A DNA stretch of 64,000 bases from Pseudomonadota bacterium. Its GTDB lineage: Bacteria; Pseudomonadota; Gammaproteobacteria; Burkholderiales; UBA9220. Under the pieces are notes generated by a model, which was given only the letters and a program-made list of their open reading frames with translations, did not search any database and was not told the DNA's origin. The stretch is from positions 25,618 to 89,617 of the forward strand of contig JAJZVC010000003.1 of the NCBI GenBank assembly GCA_021845865.1, given 5' to 3'. Positions 18,622 through 28,345 of this stretch are shown one piece after another; the first letter of the stretch is position 1, and each line of letters starts with the position of its first letter. The position numbers and the translations under genes were made by a program.

Positions 18622-18650
18622 TTTATAAACCTAAAAAATTTATAAATCAA
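18622..18650 (-). promoter_or_regulatory. candidate sigma-70-type promoter of the fliL operon
   Basis: The minus strand reads TTGATT - 17 nt - TATAAA, in the only strongly AT-rich stretch between the fliK terminator and fliL. AT-rich sequence produces such matches by chance. Confidence 0.3.
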
Positions 18651-18760
18651 GCAGTTTTAGCCAATAGTTTATGTTTTTTATAACAACAAATCAACGCCAA
18701 CGCAACGCCGCCCCCGCGCCTCCTCCATCCACGCCCCCTCTGCGCCCCGTCCCCACAAAC

Positions 18761-18796
18761 AAAAAAACCGTTGCCACTCAATAGAGTAGCAACGGC
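18761..18796 (-). terminator. rho-independent terminator after fliK
   Basis: The minus strand reads CCGTTGCTACTCTATTGAGTGGCAACGG followed by TTTTTTT, 30 nt after the fliK stop. Confidence 0.8.
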
Positions 18797-18826
18797 CTTC
18801 TGACTTCCCCCGAGGGACTGGCGCGC

Positions 18827-19957
18827 TTACACGAAGGTGTTGACCAGCCCGTTCCCCTGGATTCGAGTGACCACCGCTTGGCCAGCCTGATCCCCGTCGA
18901 TGCCTCCCAGGGAAAATTCCGGAACCTGCCCAGCGGTTCCGTTCCCATTCCCTTGAAAAGCCGCCTGCTGCTGTTGTTGCTGCCGAGCAAAGGACTCGGC
19001 GCCCACCGAAACGTTTCCGAGGGCGATGCCGCTGTCCGCCAACATCTCCCGCAAACGGGGCAGGGCAGCCTCAATCGCCTCGCGCACCGCGGCATGGTGG
19101 GACACGAATGTCGCGCTCATCTGGTCCTGGTTAAGACTGATGCGCACCTCGAGAGGGCCGAGATTGGGCGGGTTGAGCTGCAGCTCCGCCGATTGCTTCT
19201 GCTGGCCAACCATCCACACCACTTTTTGTCCCAGCTCACCGCTCCAACCGGGCGCCCCGACCGGCTGCTGAATCCTTGCCGCCCCATCGGCGGGAGCCGC
19301 GCGGGCGGAAGACGAGGGCTGCGCCACGGCTTGCTGGGCCGCGGCCAACTTGTCGCTGAATTGGTCCTGCGGCGCGGCCTCCACCTCCGTGGTTTTTTTC
19401 GCCACTTCCAGCGGCAACATTTTGCCACTCTCGGCAATTCCTGCCGCCTCCACTTCGGCCTTCGCCGCGGGCTGGGGAAGCGCCGTCGCCTTGTCGGCCA
19501 TCGCCAGAGACGGCTTGCCTCCGTCCGCCAAGCCAGCCTCAACCCCTTTGAGAGAAGCGGATGCCTTCTCCCCTCCTTCAACCGCGGCGGACGCGGTCGC
19601 CGCCGGCGCTTTCGCCTGAACGCCAGCCAGCGCCTGGGCCACAAGACCGGCCAGAACGCTGGGGTCCACTGTCAATTGCCCCGGCTCGGCCTGCGCATCC
19701 AGCGTTGGATCGGTCTTTTCAGCCCCTTGCTGCTTGGCATCGGATTGCAGCAAATTCAGCGCAAGGGACAACGGTTTACTACCGAGCAACGCGCCCTGGC
19801 TGACCTGTTGCGCCAGCAAGGCGCCGAAGGGGCTCTGCGCCTCGACTCCGGCATCCGCCCCGCCCGCCGCCGCGGTTGACGAACCCTCGCTAGCGGCGCC
19901 TTGAGCCGCGCCGCCTTTCACGATGTTAGCCATGGCATTCAGTGACATAGTCTGCAT
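18827..19957 (-). CDS. fliK: flagellar hook-length control protein FliK
   Basis: 376 aa. The N-terminal two thirds are Ala/Gln/Pro-rich and low in complexity. The conserved C-terminal domain reads AELQLNPPNLGPLEVRISLNQDQMSATFVSHHAAVREAIEAALPRLREML. Confidence 0.85.
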   Translation of the reverse strand: MQTMSLNAMANIVKGGAAQGAASEGSSTAAAGGADAGVEAQSPFGALLAQQVSQGALLGSKPLSLALNLLQSDAKQQGAEKTDPTLDAQAEPGQLTVDPSVLAGLVAQALAGVQAKAPAATASAAVEGGEKASASLKGVEAGLADGGKPSLAMADKATALPQPAAKAEVEAAGIAESGKMLPLEVAKKTTEVEAAPQDQFSDKLAAAQQAVAQPSSSARAAPADGAARIQQPVGAPGWSGELGQKVVWMVGQQKQSAELQLNPPNLGPLEVRISLNQDQMSATFVSHHAAVREAIEAALPRLREMLADSGIALGNVSVGAESFARQQQQQQAAFQGNGNGTAGQVPEFSLGGIDGDQAGQAVVTRIQGNGLVNTFV

Positions 19958-19999
19958 GGGATATCCTTTTCAATCACCACTCTTCTTGAGCCAGTGATT

Positions 20000-20015
20000 A
20001 GCAACTCCCGTGCCA
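20000..20015 (-). promoter_or_regulatory. sigma-54 (-24/-12) promoter upstream of fliK
   Basis: The minus strand reads TGGCACGGGAGTTGCT, an exact fit to TGGCACG-N4-TTGCW. It begins 2 nt after the fliJ stop codon and lies 44 nt upstream of the fliK ATG. Confidence 0.7.
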
Positions 20016-20017
20016 GG

Positions 20018-20476
20018 CTACTTCTGATGGTTTTTCGACCGGTGGCGGGAAAACGCGTGGCGGGCGCTTTCGTCCTGTTCTTTCTGTTCCTGCTTGGCCT
20101 CGCGCTGGCTTTCCCGCGCATAGTGGCGCTGCTCCAGGGTCTGATAGGCCTTGAGCTTGCGGCGTTGGGCCATCCACTCTTCCCTGCCGGCCTCCCAATT
20201 CTGCTGACAGCGCGCCACTTCCTGCTTCTGCTGTTCGATGGCCGTGTCGATCTTGCCCAGGAAAGCCTGATAGTCGCGAAGGGCGCTCACCGACATCCCC
20301 GCCTGGGCGCTGCGCGCCATGCGCCCCTGGTATTCCTCGCGGTACGCCGCCAATTGCCGCAACTTGTCTTCCGCCATCTGCCATTGGGCTTTCAGCAAAG
20401 CCAGGCGCTTGGAGGCTTCGTCGGTCTGGTTCTGGGTGTGCTCCACCAAGGGTTGCAAGTGGAAAGGCTTGGCCAT
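20018..20476 (-). CDS. fliJ: flagellar export chaperone FliJ
   Basis: 152 aa, predicted all coiled-coil and Gln/Glu/Arg-rich. It lies between fliI and fliK. Confidence 0.8.
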   Translation of the reverse strand: MAKPFHLQPLVEHTQNQTDEASKRLALLKAQWQMAEDKLRQLAAYREEYQGRMARSAQAGMSVSALRDYQAFLGKIDTAIEQQKQEVARCQQNWEAGREEWMAQRRKLKAYQTLEQRHYARESQREAKQEQKEQDESARHAFSRHRSKNHQK

Positions 20477-20496
20477 CGCCGTTCTCCCTCAAGCGC

Positions 20497-21912
20497 TCAG
20501 GCGAACAGCGCCGACAGCTGCTCGCGGCTCTCCGCGACGGTCACCCGCTGCTTCATCTCCTGACGGAGAAACTGCTCCATCCTGGGATACATCGCGATGG
20601 CCTCGTCCAGAACCGGATCATTGCCCCGAACATAGGCCCCGACGTTGATCAGATCGCGGTTGCGCTGATAACGGGAATAGAGATACTTGAACCGGCGCAC
20701 CACCTCGAACTCCTCCAGCGTAAGCAGCTCCGTCATGGCCCGGCTGATGGACATTTCGATATCGATGGCAGGGTAGTGCCCCTGGTCGGAAAGGGCGCGG
20801 GTCAAGACAATATGACCGTCCAGAATGGCCCGCGCGCTGTCGGCGATAGGATCCTGCTGGTCGTCCCCTTCCGCCAGCACGGTATAAAAGGCGGTAATGG
20901 AGCCGCTCCCGGGCTTGCCGTTGCCCGCCCTCTCCACCAGGGCGGGCAGCTTGGCGAAGACCGACGGCGGATAGCCTTTGGTGGCGGGAGGTTCGCCGAT
21001 GGCGAGGGAAATTTCCCGCTGTGCCATGGCGTAGCGGGTAAGGGAGTCCATCAGCAAGAGGACGTTCTTGCCCTGGTCGCGAAAATACTCGGCGATGGCG
21101 CTGGCGTAAGCCGCGCCGTGGAGGCGCAGCAAGGGCGGAGTATCGGCAGGCGCCGCCACCACCACCGAGCGCGCCAAGCCCTCGGGGCCGAGGATATTCT
21201 CGATAAAGTCCTTGACTTCCCGCCCCCGCTCCCCGATCAGCCCCACCACGATGACATCGGCGCTGGTGTAGCGGGCCATCATGCCCAGCAAAATGCTCTT
21301 GCCGACGCCGCTGCCGGCGAAAAGCCCCAGGCGCTGCCCGCGCCCCACGGTAAGCAATGCGTTGATGGCCCGAACTCCCACATCGAGCACGCTGCGGATG
21401 GGTTCCCGGTCGAGGGGGTTGAAGGGGCGGCTATAGAGAGGCACATGCCGATCGGAGTGGATCGGCCCGCGTCCGTCCAGCGGCCGCCCGGCGCCGTCCA
21501 GAATCCGCCCAAGCAAATGGTCGCCCACCGCCAACTGCCGCCCCTTGTCCTGGGCGCGGCGGCGGGGAAGCATTTTTTCCCCGGGGCGGGGGAGCGGCGG
21601 CGGAGCGCCTTCGACGGGGTAGACCTTGGCGCCCGGCAGCAGGCCGTAAATATCCGTCGACGGCATAAGAAACAGATGGTCGCCGGAAAACCCCACCACC
21701 TCGGCATCCACCAAATGACCGTCAGGAAGAGCGACCAAACAGCTGCTTCCCACCGCCAGCCGAAGCCCCACCGCTTCCATGACCAAGCCCGCCACCCGCG
21801 TCAGGCGGCCACAGGCCTGCCAGGGCGGCGTGGTTTCCACCACCTCGGCGCAATTACCCAGAAATGCGCGCCAGCTTCCGATCCAGTCGCGCTCAGCCGT
21901 GCCAGCTGTCAT
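20497..21912 (-). CDS. fliI: flagellum-specific ATPase FliI
   Basis: Walker A GSGVGKS and Walker [12 protein letters not shown]. The track start (21921) is a TTG; the first ATG is at 21912. Either start overlaps the end of fliH. Confidence 0.95.
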   Translation of the reverse strand: MTAGTAERDWIGSWRAFLGNCAEVVETTPPWQACGRLTRVAGLVMEAVGLRLAVGSSCLVALPDGHLVDAEVVGFSGDHLFLMPSTDIYGLLPGAKVYPVEGAPPPLPRPGEKMLPRRRAQDKGRQLAVGDHLLGRILDGAGRPLDGRGPIHSDRHVPLYSRPFNPLDREPIRSVLDVGVRAINALLTVGRGQRLGLFAGSGVGKSILLGMMARYTSADVIVVGLIGERGREVKDFIENILGPEGLARSVVVAAPADTPPLLRLHGAAYASAIAEYFRDQGKNVLLLMDSLTRYAMAQREISLAIGEPPATKGYPPSVFAKLPALVERAGNGKPGSGSITAFYTVLAEGDDQQDPIADSARAILDGHIVLTRALSDQGHYPAIDIEMSISRAMTELLTLEEFEVVRRFKYLYSRYQRNRDLINVGAYVRGNDPVLDEAIAMYPRMEQFLRQEMKQRVTVAESREQLSALFA

Positions 21913-22588
21913 TTCGGCCAAGGGCTTCGTTCAGGCGCTTCCAGCGATTTTCCATCGTGGCATCCACCTCACCGTTCTCGCTTTCCACGCGGCAACCGCC
22001 CCGCCCCATTTTGGCATCCTCGACGATGCGCCAGGGCAACCGGCTTAACTCCGTGGCCAGGTGCTCGCGCACCAAAGCGGCATCTTCGGGATGAAGGACC
22101 AGCGTAGGCTGGCGCGTATTCGGCAGCAGCCCCCGCATGGCCTCCTGCACCGCCGGCAGCAAGGCTTCGGGCTTGAGGCGCAGCGTTTCCCGCAACATCT
22201 GCTTGCTCATCTCCAGGGCCAGGGTCAACAGGTCGCTCGCCACCTGCTGTTCCAGCGCGCCGAGCGCATCGGCAAAGGACGCGCCCAGAGAGGCCAGGCG
22301 CGCCGCCTCCTGATCGCCTTTCGCCTTGCCTTCCGCGTACCCCGCCGCCTGCCCCGCGGCAAATCCGGCCTCATAGCCTTCTTGCTTTCCTGCTTCCAGG
22401 CCTTCGTTCCGGGCCTGCTGATAGATGCGCTCGACATCCTCGGCGGTCGGCAGGGCCATCGCCGGCGCCGGTTCCTCTTGGTCCGCCTCGGGCGCGGCCT
22501 CTTCCTCGCCGAACGCCTCGCCGTCCAGAGGCACCAGCTGCCAGCGCTGGACGCGGCTCAATTCTTCCTTGGGAATGATTTTAGACAT
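21893..22588 (-). CDS. fliH: flagellar assembly protein FliH
   Basis: 231 aa with a Glu/Ala-rich coiled N-half and a C-terminal FliH domain ([14 protein letters not shown]...[17 protein letters not shown]). Confidence 0.85.
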   Translation of the reverse strand: MSKIIPKEELSRVQRWQLVPLDGEAFGEEEAAPEADQEEPAPAMALPTAEDVERIYQQARNEGLEAGKQEGYEAGFAAGQAAGYAEGKAKGDQEAARLASLGASFADALGALEQQVASDLLTLALEMSKQMLRETLRLKPEALLPAVQEAMRGLLPNTRQPTLVLHPEDAALVREHLATELSRLPWRIVEDAKMGRGGCRVESENGEVDATMENRWKRLNEALGRNDSWHG

Positions 22589-22647
22589 TTGACGCCCCCT
22601 CCCCTAGGACAGGGAGAGCCCGCCCGACAGGGGCCAGGCAGAGCAAA

Positions 22648-23643
22648 TCAGACGACACTTTCCTCGCCCTTGCCGCCCAGCACGATCTGGCCTTCGTCGG
22701 CCAAGCGCCGGACGGTCTTGAGGATTTCCTTCTGCTCCGCCTCCACCTCGGACAGACGCACGGCCCCCTTGGCCTCGAGATCGTCCCGCAGCATTTCCGC
22801 CGCGCGCTGGGACATGTTCTTGAAGATTTTTTCCCGCAATTCCTCGCTGGTTCCCTTGAGGGCGACGATGAGGGAATCGGACTGGATTTCCCGCAGCAGA
22901 AGCTGGATGGAACGGTCGTCCAGGTCGAGCAGGTTCTCGAAGACGAACATCTCGTCCTGGATTTTTTGCGCCAGGTCGGGGTCGTAGTCCCGCACGCTGC
23001 TGATGACCGACGCCTCCTGGGAAGTCCCCATGAAGTTGAGGATTTCCGCCGCCGCCCGCACGCCGCCCATGGCGGCCTTCTTCAGGTTCTGGCTGCCCGC
23101 CAGCAGGCCGGTCAGCACGTCATTCAGCTCTTTCAGCGCGGAAGGCTGGATACCGTCCAGGGTGGCGATGCGCAGCAGGACATCGTTGCGCAAGCGCTCC
23201 ACGAAATGGGACAGGATTTCGCTCGCCTGGTCCCGCTCCAGGTGCACCAGGATGGTGGCGATGATCTGGGGATGTTCGTTCTTGATGAGTTCCGCCACAT
23301 CGCCCGCATCCATCCATTTCAGGCTTTCGATGCCGCTGGTATCGCCGCCATGGAGGATGCGGTCGATCAGGTTGGCGGCCTTGTCGTCCCCCAGGGCCTT
23401 GGTCAGCACCTTGCGAATGTAGTCGTTGGAAGCCATGCCGAGGGTGGTTTTCTTCTCCGCCGCGGCGCGAAAATCCTGGAAGACCTGCTCCACCTGCTCC
23501 CGAGTCACGTTTTCCAGGGACGCCATGGCCATGCCGAGCTTCTGCACCTCCTTCGGCCCCAGATACTTGAACACCTCGGCGGCGGCTTCCTCGCCGATGG
23601 TGGACAGCAGAATCGCGCTTTTTTGGATTCCCAGGTCACTCAT
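22648..23643 (-). CDS. fliG: flagellar motor switch protein FliG
   Basis: 331 aa reading AILLSTIGEEAAAEVFKYL...MFVFENL...EILKTVRRLADEGQI. Confidence 0.95.
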   Translation of the reverse strand: MSDLGIQKSAILLSTIGEEAAAEVFKYLGPKEVQKLGMAMASLENVTREQVEQVFQDFRAAAEKKTTLGMASNDYIRKVLTKALGDDKAANLIDRILHGGDTSGIESLKWMDAGDVAELIKNEHPQIIATILVHLERDQASEILSHFVERLRNDVLLRIATLDGIQPSALKELNDVLTGLLAGSQNLKKAAMGGVRAAAEILNFMGTSQEASVISSVRDYDPDLAQKIQDEMFVFENLLDLDDRSIQLLLREIQSDSLIVALKGTSEELREKIFKNMSQRAAEMLRDDLEAKGAVRLSEVEAEQKEILKTVRRLADEGQIVLGGKGEESVV

Positions 23644-25258
23644 TGACCCATTCCTTCACGACGTTCGCCACGATGGCGGGTTCCTGTTTAGCCAAGTCCT
23701 TGACCATGTTCAGCGTATCTTCGTATCCGGCCTCGGCGGTCACTATCCGTTCCATGGCGTGGGCTCTCGCCGCCTCGCTTGCCGCCATTTCCGCCTCCTC
23801 TTCCTTGCGCGTGGCGGCCATGCTGTAGGTCGACAGCAGCGGCTTCACCACGCCAAAGACGAACAGCAGGACGATACCCAGGATCAGGAGGTTCTTCACC
23901 ACTTCCTTCGCCAAATCGATGGTATCCGGGTCCTTCCACAGCGGCACTTCGGCGGGCTTGTCGCCCAGATTGAAGTCGGCGTTGACGATATTCACCGTAT
24001 CCCCCCGGGTCTGGCTATAGCCCATGGCCTCCTTCACCAAGTTGTTGATTTGGCGCATCTCGTCCGCGGTATAGGGCTTGGAGGCCACTTTGCCGTCCTT
24101 GCCCGTCTGCTTGCGGTTATTGACCACCACGGCCACGGATAGCCGCTTAATCTCTCCGGCCCCTTGCTTGACGTGGCGGATGGTCTTGTCCAGCTCGTAA
24201 TTGATGGTGGTTTCCTTATGGCTGCTGCCCTGGGAGCCTCCGGCGCTTCCCGTCGCCGGCACGTTGGGCGCGGTGATTGGCGCGGTGGCCGCGCCGGGTG
24301 GCTGGTTGGACAAGGCGCCCGGCACCCCTACCGCGCCGGCGCCGCCGCCGGTGGTTTCGCTGCTCTGCTCGCTGCGGACGGACGCCTCCGCCGGGGTGGG
24401 ATTGGGCTTGAAAGTTTCCGCCGTTTGTTCGGTCTGGGAAAAGTCCACATCCGCCGCCACTTGAGCGTGGACGTTATTGGGCCCGGCAATGGGCGTGAGG
24501 ATGGACTCGATGCGCTTGATATAGCTCTGTTCCACCTGCCGGGTATATTCAAGCTGGGCCGGCTCCAGCCCCATGCGCCCGTATTCGGAATCGGTCCGGT
24601 TGAGCATGTTGCCGTTCTGGTCCACCACCGTGACGTCCTTATAGGACAATTGGGGCACGCTGCTGGAGACAAGGTGCATGATCCCCGTCACCTGCGCCGG
24701 GTCGAGCACGCGGCCGGGGTACAGGGTCAACAGCACCGACGCGCTGGGCTTTTCCTGCTCGCGAATGAACACCGTCGGCCGGGGAATGGCCAGGTGAACC
24801 CGCGCGGACTGAACGCTGGCCAGGGACTGGATCGTGCGCGCCAGCTCCCCCTCCAGGGCACGCTGGAAGTTGACCTGCTCCTGGAACTGGCTCACCCCCA
24901 GCTTCTGGTTCTCGAGCAACTCGAAGCCCACGGAGCCGCCTCGTGGAAGCCCCTGGGAAGCCAGCTTCAGGCGGGTTTCATACACCATGTCCGCCGGCAC
25001 CAGGATAGCCCCGCCGCCCTCGGCCATTTTGTAGGGAATATTCTGCTGCTGGAGCGTCGCGACTATCGTGCCGCCGTCGCGGTCATTCAGATTGCTGTAA
25101 AGGACTTTGTAATCGGGGGTACGGAACCAGATCCAACTGCCGACCAACAGGGAGAACAAAGCCGCCAAACCCAGCATGAGGCCGAATTTCTGGCCGTTGG
25201 TTAAGCGGTTGAACCCCTCAAACCGGTCGAGCAGAAGCTGGCGGGGTGCAATAGCCAT
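23636..25258 (-). CDS. fliF: flagellar MS-ring protein FliF
   Basis: 540 aa with an N-terminal TM segment, YKVLYSNLNDRDGGTIVATLQQQNIPY, and a C-terminal TM segment. It overlaps fliG by 8 nt. Confidence 0.95.
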   Translation of the reverse strand: MAIAPRQLLLDRFEGFNRLTNGQKFGLMLGLAALFSLLVGSWIWFRTPDYKVLYSNLNDRDGGTIVATLQQQNIPYKMAEGGGAILVPADMVYETRLKLASQGLPRGGSVGFELLENQKLGVSQFQEQVNFQRALEGELARTIQSLASVQSARVHLAIPRPTVFIREQEKPSASVLLTLYPGRVLDPAQVTGIMHLVSSSVPQLSYKDVTVVDQNGNMLNRTDSEYGRMGLEPAQLEYTRQVEQSYIKRIESILTPIAGPNNVHAQVAADVDFSQTEQTAETFKPNPTPAEASVRSEQSSETTGGGAGAVGVPGALSNQPPGAATAPITAPNVPATGSAGGSQGSSHKETTINYELDKTIRHVKQGAGEIKRLSVAVVVNNRKQTGKDGKVASKPYTADEMRQINNLVKEAMGYSQTRGDTVNIVNADFNLGDKPAEVPLWKDPDTIDLAKEVVKNLLILGIVLLFVFGVVKPLLSTYSMAATRKEEEAEMAASEAARAHAMERIVTAEAGYEDTLNMVKDLAKQEPAIVANVVKEWVNE

Positions 25259-25278
25259 AGGCGCGCCCTAGCCGCAGC

Positions 25279-25605
25279 TCAGACCTGCATGCCCATGACT
25301 TCCTGGTAGGCAGATACCAGTTTGTTGCGCACCTGCACCATGGTTTGGAAGGAAACGTTGGCTTTCTGCAGGGAAACCATCACATCCTGCAGGTTGGCAC
25401 CGGGCGCGCCGAGTTCGAACTCCTTGGACAATTGGGAGGCTTCCTGCTGGGCGCCGTTGACCTCGTCGAGGGACGACTTGAGCAGGGAGGCAAAATCCAC
25501 CCCGCCGCTCGCCGCCCCTGAGGCCGCGCTGGCTTCGCCGCCGCCGGCCATGGCGGACGCCGCCCGCATCTGGCTCAGCAACTGATCAATCCCTTGGGTA
25601 TCCAT
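25279..25605 (-). CDS. fliE: flagellar hook-basal body protein FliE
   Basis: 108 aa with the C-terminus DVMVSLQKANVSFQTMVQVRNKLVSAYQEVM. Confidence 0.9.
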   Translation of the reverse strand: MDTQGIDQLLSQMRAASAMAGGGEASAASGAASGGVDFASLLKSSLDEVNGAQQEASQLSKEFELGAPGANLQDVMVSLQKANVSFQTMVQVRNKLVSAYQEVMGMQV

Positions 25606-25663
25606 AAAGCTCTGCCCTCACAAAGGCATCTAAACTCTGGTTAATTGTAGCACCCTTTTCCCG

Positions 25664-25680
25664 AGCAATTTTCATGCCCA
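25664..25680 (-). promoter_or_regulatory. sigma-54 (-24/-12) promoter upstream of fliE
   Basis: The minus strand reads TGGGCATGAAAATTGCT. GG and GC have the correct 12-nt register (GGCATG-N4-TTGCT), and 10 of 12 defined consensus positions match. It lies in the 83-nt gap between the fleR stop and the fliE ATG, with the -12 GC 60 nt from the ATG. Confidence 0.6.
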
Positions 25681-25688
25681 AGAACCGT

Positions 25689-27044
25689 TTACTCCGCCTT
25701 GCCGCTTTCCGCTTCCTCACGGTACTGCTGCAGCTTGTAGCGCAAGGTACGCTCGCTGATCCCCAAACGCTGGGCTGCCTGCTTGCGCGAACCATTCACC
25801 GCCGCCAGCGTTTCCATGATATGGGCACGCTCCAGGGACTTCATGTCCAAGGGCTCCTCACCGGCAACCACGGCATGCTCGGCGGCAGAATTTGCCGGCG
25901 GCGGACTTTCGCCGTCTCGCCGCGGAAGGAGCAGATGCTCGGGCTCGATGATCTCCCCCGGCGCCAGTATCATCGCACGCTGAATGACGTTTTCCAGCTC
26001 ACGGATGTTACCCGGCCAGGCATAGTGCGTCAATTGCCTTTCTGCCGCAGGAGACAGGGCCAATCCGCTGCGCCCAAGCCCTCCCGCGAGGCGATTGACG
26101 AAGTAGCGCGCGAGGGGAACGATGTCCGCAGGCCGCTCCCGTAAGGCAGGCAAAGCGAGAGGGAAGACGTTGAGGCGATAATACAAGTCCTCGCGAAAAG
26201 CCCCCTTGGCCACCTCCGCCGCCATGTCCCGATTGGAGGTGGCGACCACCCGGACATCGAGGGGAATCGCCCGCCTCCCCCCGACACGCTCCACCTCCCT
26301 TTCCTGCAAGACACGCAGCAGCTTGGCCTGGAGAGGCAAGGACATCTCGGAGATCTCATCCAGCAACAGCGTCCCCTCCTGGGCCTGCTCGAATTTGCCC
26401 GGCTGGGACTGGGCCGCACCGGTAAACGCCCCCTTCTCGTAGCCGAACATGGTGGACTCCAGAAGATTTTCCGGAATGGCCGCGCAGTTGACGGCAACGA
26501 AGGGCTTTCCCGCCCGGGGGGAATGGCGGTGGACATACCGCGCCACCACTTCCTTGCCCGTCCCGGATTCGCCGGTGATCAGCACCGTGGCATTGGTCAC
26601 CGCCACCCGCCGCGCCAGTTCCAGCGCGGCCTGCATACGGGGGTCGGCGGCCACCACCTCGCCATCGTCCTCGGACAGGCTGGGCAGCATGAAACGCGCC
26701 ACCTCCGCCAGCAGCGCATCGGGCTCGAAGGGCTTGGTCAGGTAATTGCAGGCCCCCTGGCGCATGGCCTCCACCGCCTTGTCGATCATGCCGTAGGCGG
26801 TCATCAGCAGCACCGGAACATAAGGAAAATGGCGCTTGATCTCCAGCAGCAAGGCGTGGCCGTCCATGGGCTGCATCTGCACATCGGACACGACCAGGCC
26901 GACCTTCTTCTGCTCCAGAATCTTCAACGCCTCCGCCCCGTCGGCGGCGGGGATGGGGCGGTAGCCCGACAGCTCCAGGGTGTCGCACAGGGCTTCGCGC
27001 AGATCCTGGTCATCCTCGACAATCAGTACCGGTAATGCCGTCAT
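25689..27044 (-). CDS. fleR: sigma-54-dependent flagellar response regulator (FleR/FlrC type)
   Basis: Receiver domain (VLIVEDDQDLR...VVSDVQMQPMDG), AAA+ sigma-54 activator core (GESGTGKE...GAFTGA...ESTMFGYEKGAFTG) and a C-terminal Fis-type HTH. The start was moved to the ATG at 27044 (MTALPVLIVED). The track ORF adds 71 codons that overlap fleS. Confidence 0.85.
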   Translation of the reverse strand: MTALPVLIVEDDQDLREALCDTLELSGYRPIPAADGAEALKILEQKKVGLVVSDVQMQPMDGHALLLEIKRHFPYVPVLLMTAYGMIDKAVEAMRQGACNYLTKPFEPDALLAEVARFMLPSLSEDDGEVVAADPRMQAALELARRVAVTNATVLITGESGTGKEVVARYVHRHSPRAGKPFVAVNCAAIPENLLESTMFGYEKGAFTGAAQSQPGKFEQAQEGTLLLDEISEMSLPLQAKLLRVLQEREVERVGGRRAIPLDVRVVATSNRDMAAEVAKGAFREDLYYRLNVFPLALPALRERPADIVPLARYFVNRLAGGLGRSGLALSPAAERQLTHYAWPGNIRELENVIQRAMILAPGEIIEPEHLLLPRRDGESPPPANSAAEHAVVAGEEPLDMKSLERAHIMETLAAVNGSRKQAAQRLGISERTLRYKLQQYREEAESGKAE

Positions 27045-27057
27045 TTCCTCTTCGCCT

Positions 27058-28245
27058 TCACTCGATAGCCGGCAGACACACCGCGAATTCGCTGCCCCGA
27101 CCGGGGGCCGAGCGCATTTCCACCCGCCCGCCGTGGGCCTCCACCACGTTGCGCACAATCGCCAACCCCAGACCGGTGCCTTCGGTCCGGGTAGTAAAGA
27201 AAGGCTCGAACAGGCGCTCGTGCAGCTCCTCAGGGATGCCCCGGCCGTTGTCCTCAACCAAAATCTTCACCTCCCGGCCCGAGCGCTCCGCGCGCACCGC
27301 CACCCTACCCCCCTCGCCGCAGGCCTGCATGGCATTTTCCAGAAGATTGATCAGCACGCCGGTCAGGTCCTTGCGATGCCCTAGCACCGCCGCCGCCCCG
27401 CTGCGATCGTCCAAGGCAAACGACAGCCCCCGCTGGGCAGCCTGGGGTTCGATCACCTGGCGCAGCTCCGCCAGCAGCGACGAAATCTCCACCGGCTCGC
27501 GCCCACCGGCCTCCCCCTTAACGAAGGACAACATATCGCGGATCAATTGTTCCAGGTGCCGCAACCGCGCCAGCGCCTTGTCGGCGAATCGCATCCTGTC
27601 CGCGTCCGCCAAGGCCGGTTTCGTCAGATGGGAAGTATAAAGCATCGCCGTCGCCAGCGGCGTGCGCAGCTGGTGGGCGAGACGGGCCGCCATCTCCCCC
27701 ATGGCCGTCAGCCGCTGATGGCGCTGCAGCTCCTGCTGCATTTCATAGGCCTCGGTCACGTCGTGGAGCAGGACGATCTGCCGTCCCGCCGGATCGATGT
27801 GACTGGTAACGACATTCACCCGCAGAGGACGGTCCGGCGACGAAGACACCAAGTCCCAATCGTGCGGCGTGGAAGTGGGCCGCAGGGCCCGAGCCGACAC
27901 CGTCGCCCAGGGTTCTCCCACCAAAGGCTCCCCCAGCATGGCGCGCGCCGCCGGATTCACCTCTTCCACCAGACCCTCGCCGCTCAACGCCACGACCCCG
28001 GCCGGCAAGGCCGCCAGCAGCAGCCCCAGCCGCTGGGAAAGGGCTTCCTTTTCCAGATACTGGCGGCGCAACTCGCCGTTGGCCACCGCCAACTCAGCCG
28101 TCAGCCCCTCGACTTGCTGCTGGAGCTCCTGATAGGCGCCGGCCAGTTGCGTCGAAACCTCGTTGAACAGGTTGAACGCCTGCTCCAACTCCTCCGCCTT
28201 GACCTGCTTGCTGTCCTCGGACAAAACCGCCCCTTTGCTAACCAT
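27058..28245 (-). CDS. fleS: flagellar sensor histidine kinase (FleS/FlrB type)
   Basis: 395 aa with a coiled-coil, a PAS-like segment, the H-box MAARLAHQLRTPLA, and N/G boxes (LLENAMQA...DNGRGIP...GTGLGLAI). No TM segment is evident. Confidence 0.8.
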   Translation of the reverse strand: MVSKGAVLSEDSKQVKAEELEQAFNLFNEVSTQLAGAYQELQQQVEGLTAELAVANGELRRQYLEKEALSQRLGLLLAALPAGVVALSGEGLVEEVNPAARAMLGEPLVGEPWATVSARALRPTSTPHDWDLVSSSPDRPLRVNVVTSHIDPAGRQIVLLHDVTEAYEMQQELQRHQRLTAMGEMAARLAHQLRTPLATAMLYTSHLTKPALADADRMRFADKALARLRHLEQLIRDMLSFVKGEAGGREPVEISSLLAELRQVIEPQAAQRGLSFALDDRSGAAAVLGHRKDLTGVLINLLENAMQACGEGGRVAVRAERSGREVKILVEDNGRGIPEELHERLFEPFFTTRTEGTGLGLAIVRNVVEAHGGRVEMRSAPGRGSEFAVCLPAIE

Positions 28246-28345
28246 TCGATGCCGACGGGAAATGATACACTTGCTCCCCCGAAATAGGCATCCCGGAACC
28301 GCCGGGCAGGTTGCGGGGGACGGACGAAATCATTAGGATAAGCCC

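Noticed and set aside
18640-18700. Sigma-54-like TTGGCTAAAACTGCTT and TTGGCGTTGATTTGTT upstream of fliL
   Set aside because: The GG-to-GC register in the first is 10 nt instead of the obligatory 12, and the second lacks a GC at the required position.
22589-22647. Weak sigma-54-like TGGCCCCTGTCGGGC between fliG and fliH
   Set aside because: The GG/GC spacing is right, but the -12 element is GGGC rather than TTGC and the -24 element is TGGCCC. This is too degenerate to call without data.
27045-27257. 71-codon N-terminal extension of fleR in the track ORF
   Set aside because: It overlaps the 3' end of fleS out of frame and is Cys/Trp/Arg-rich. The receiver domain begins at the internal ATG at 27044.
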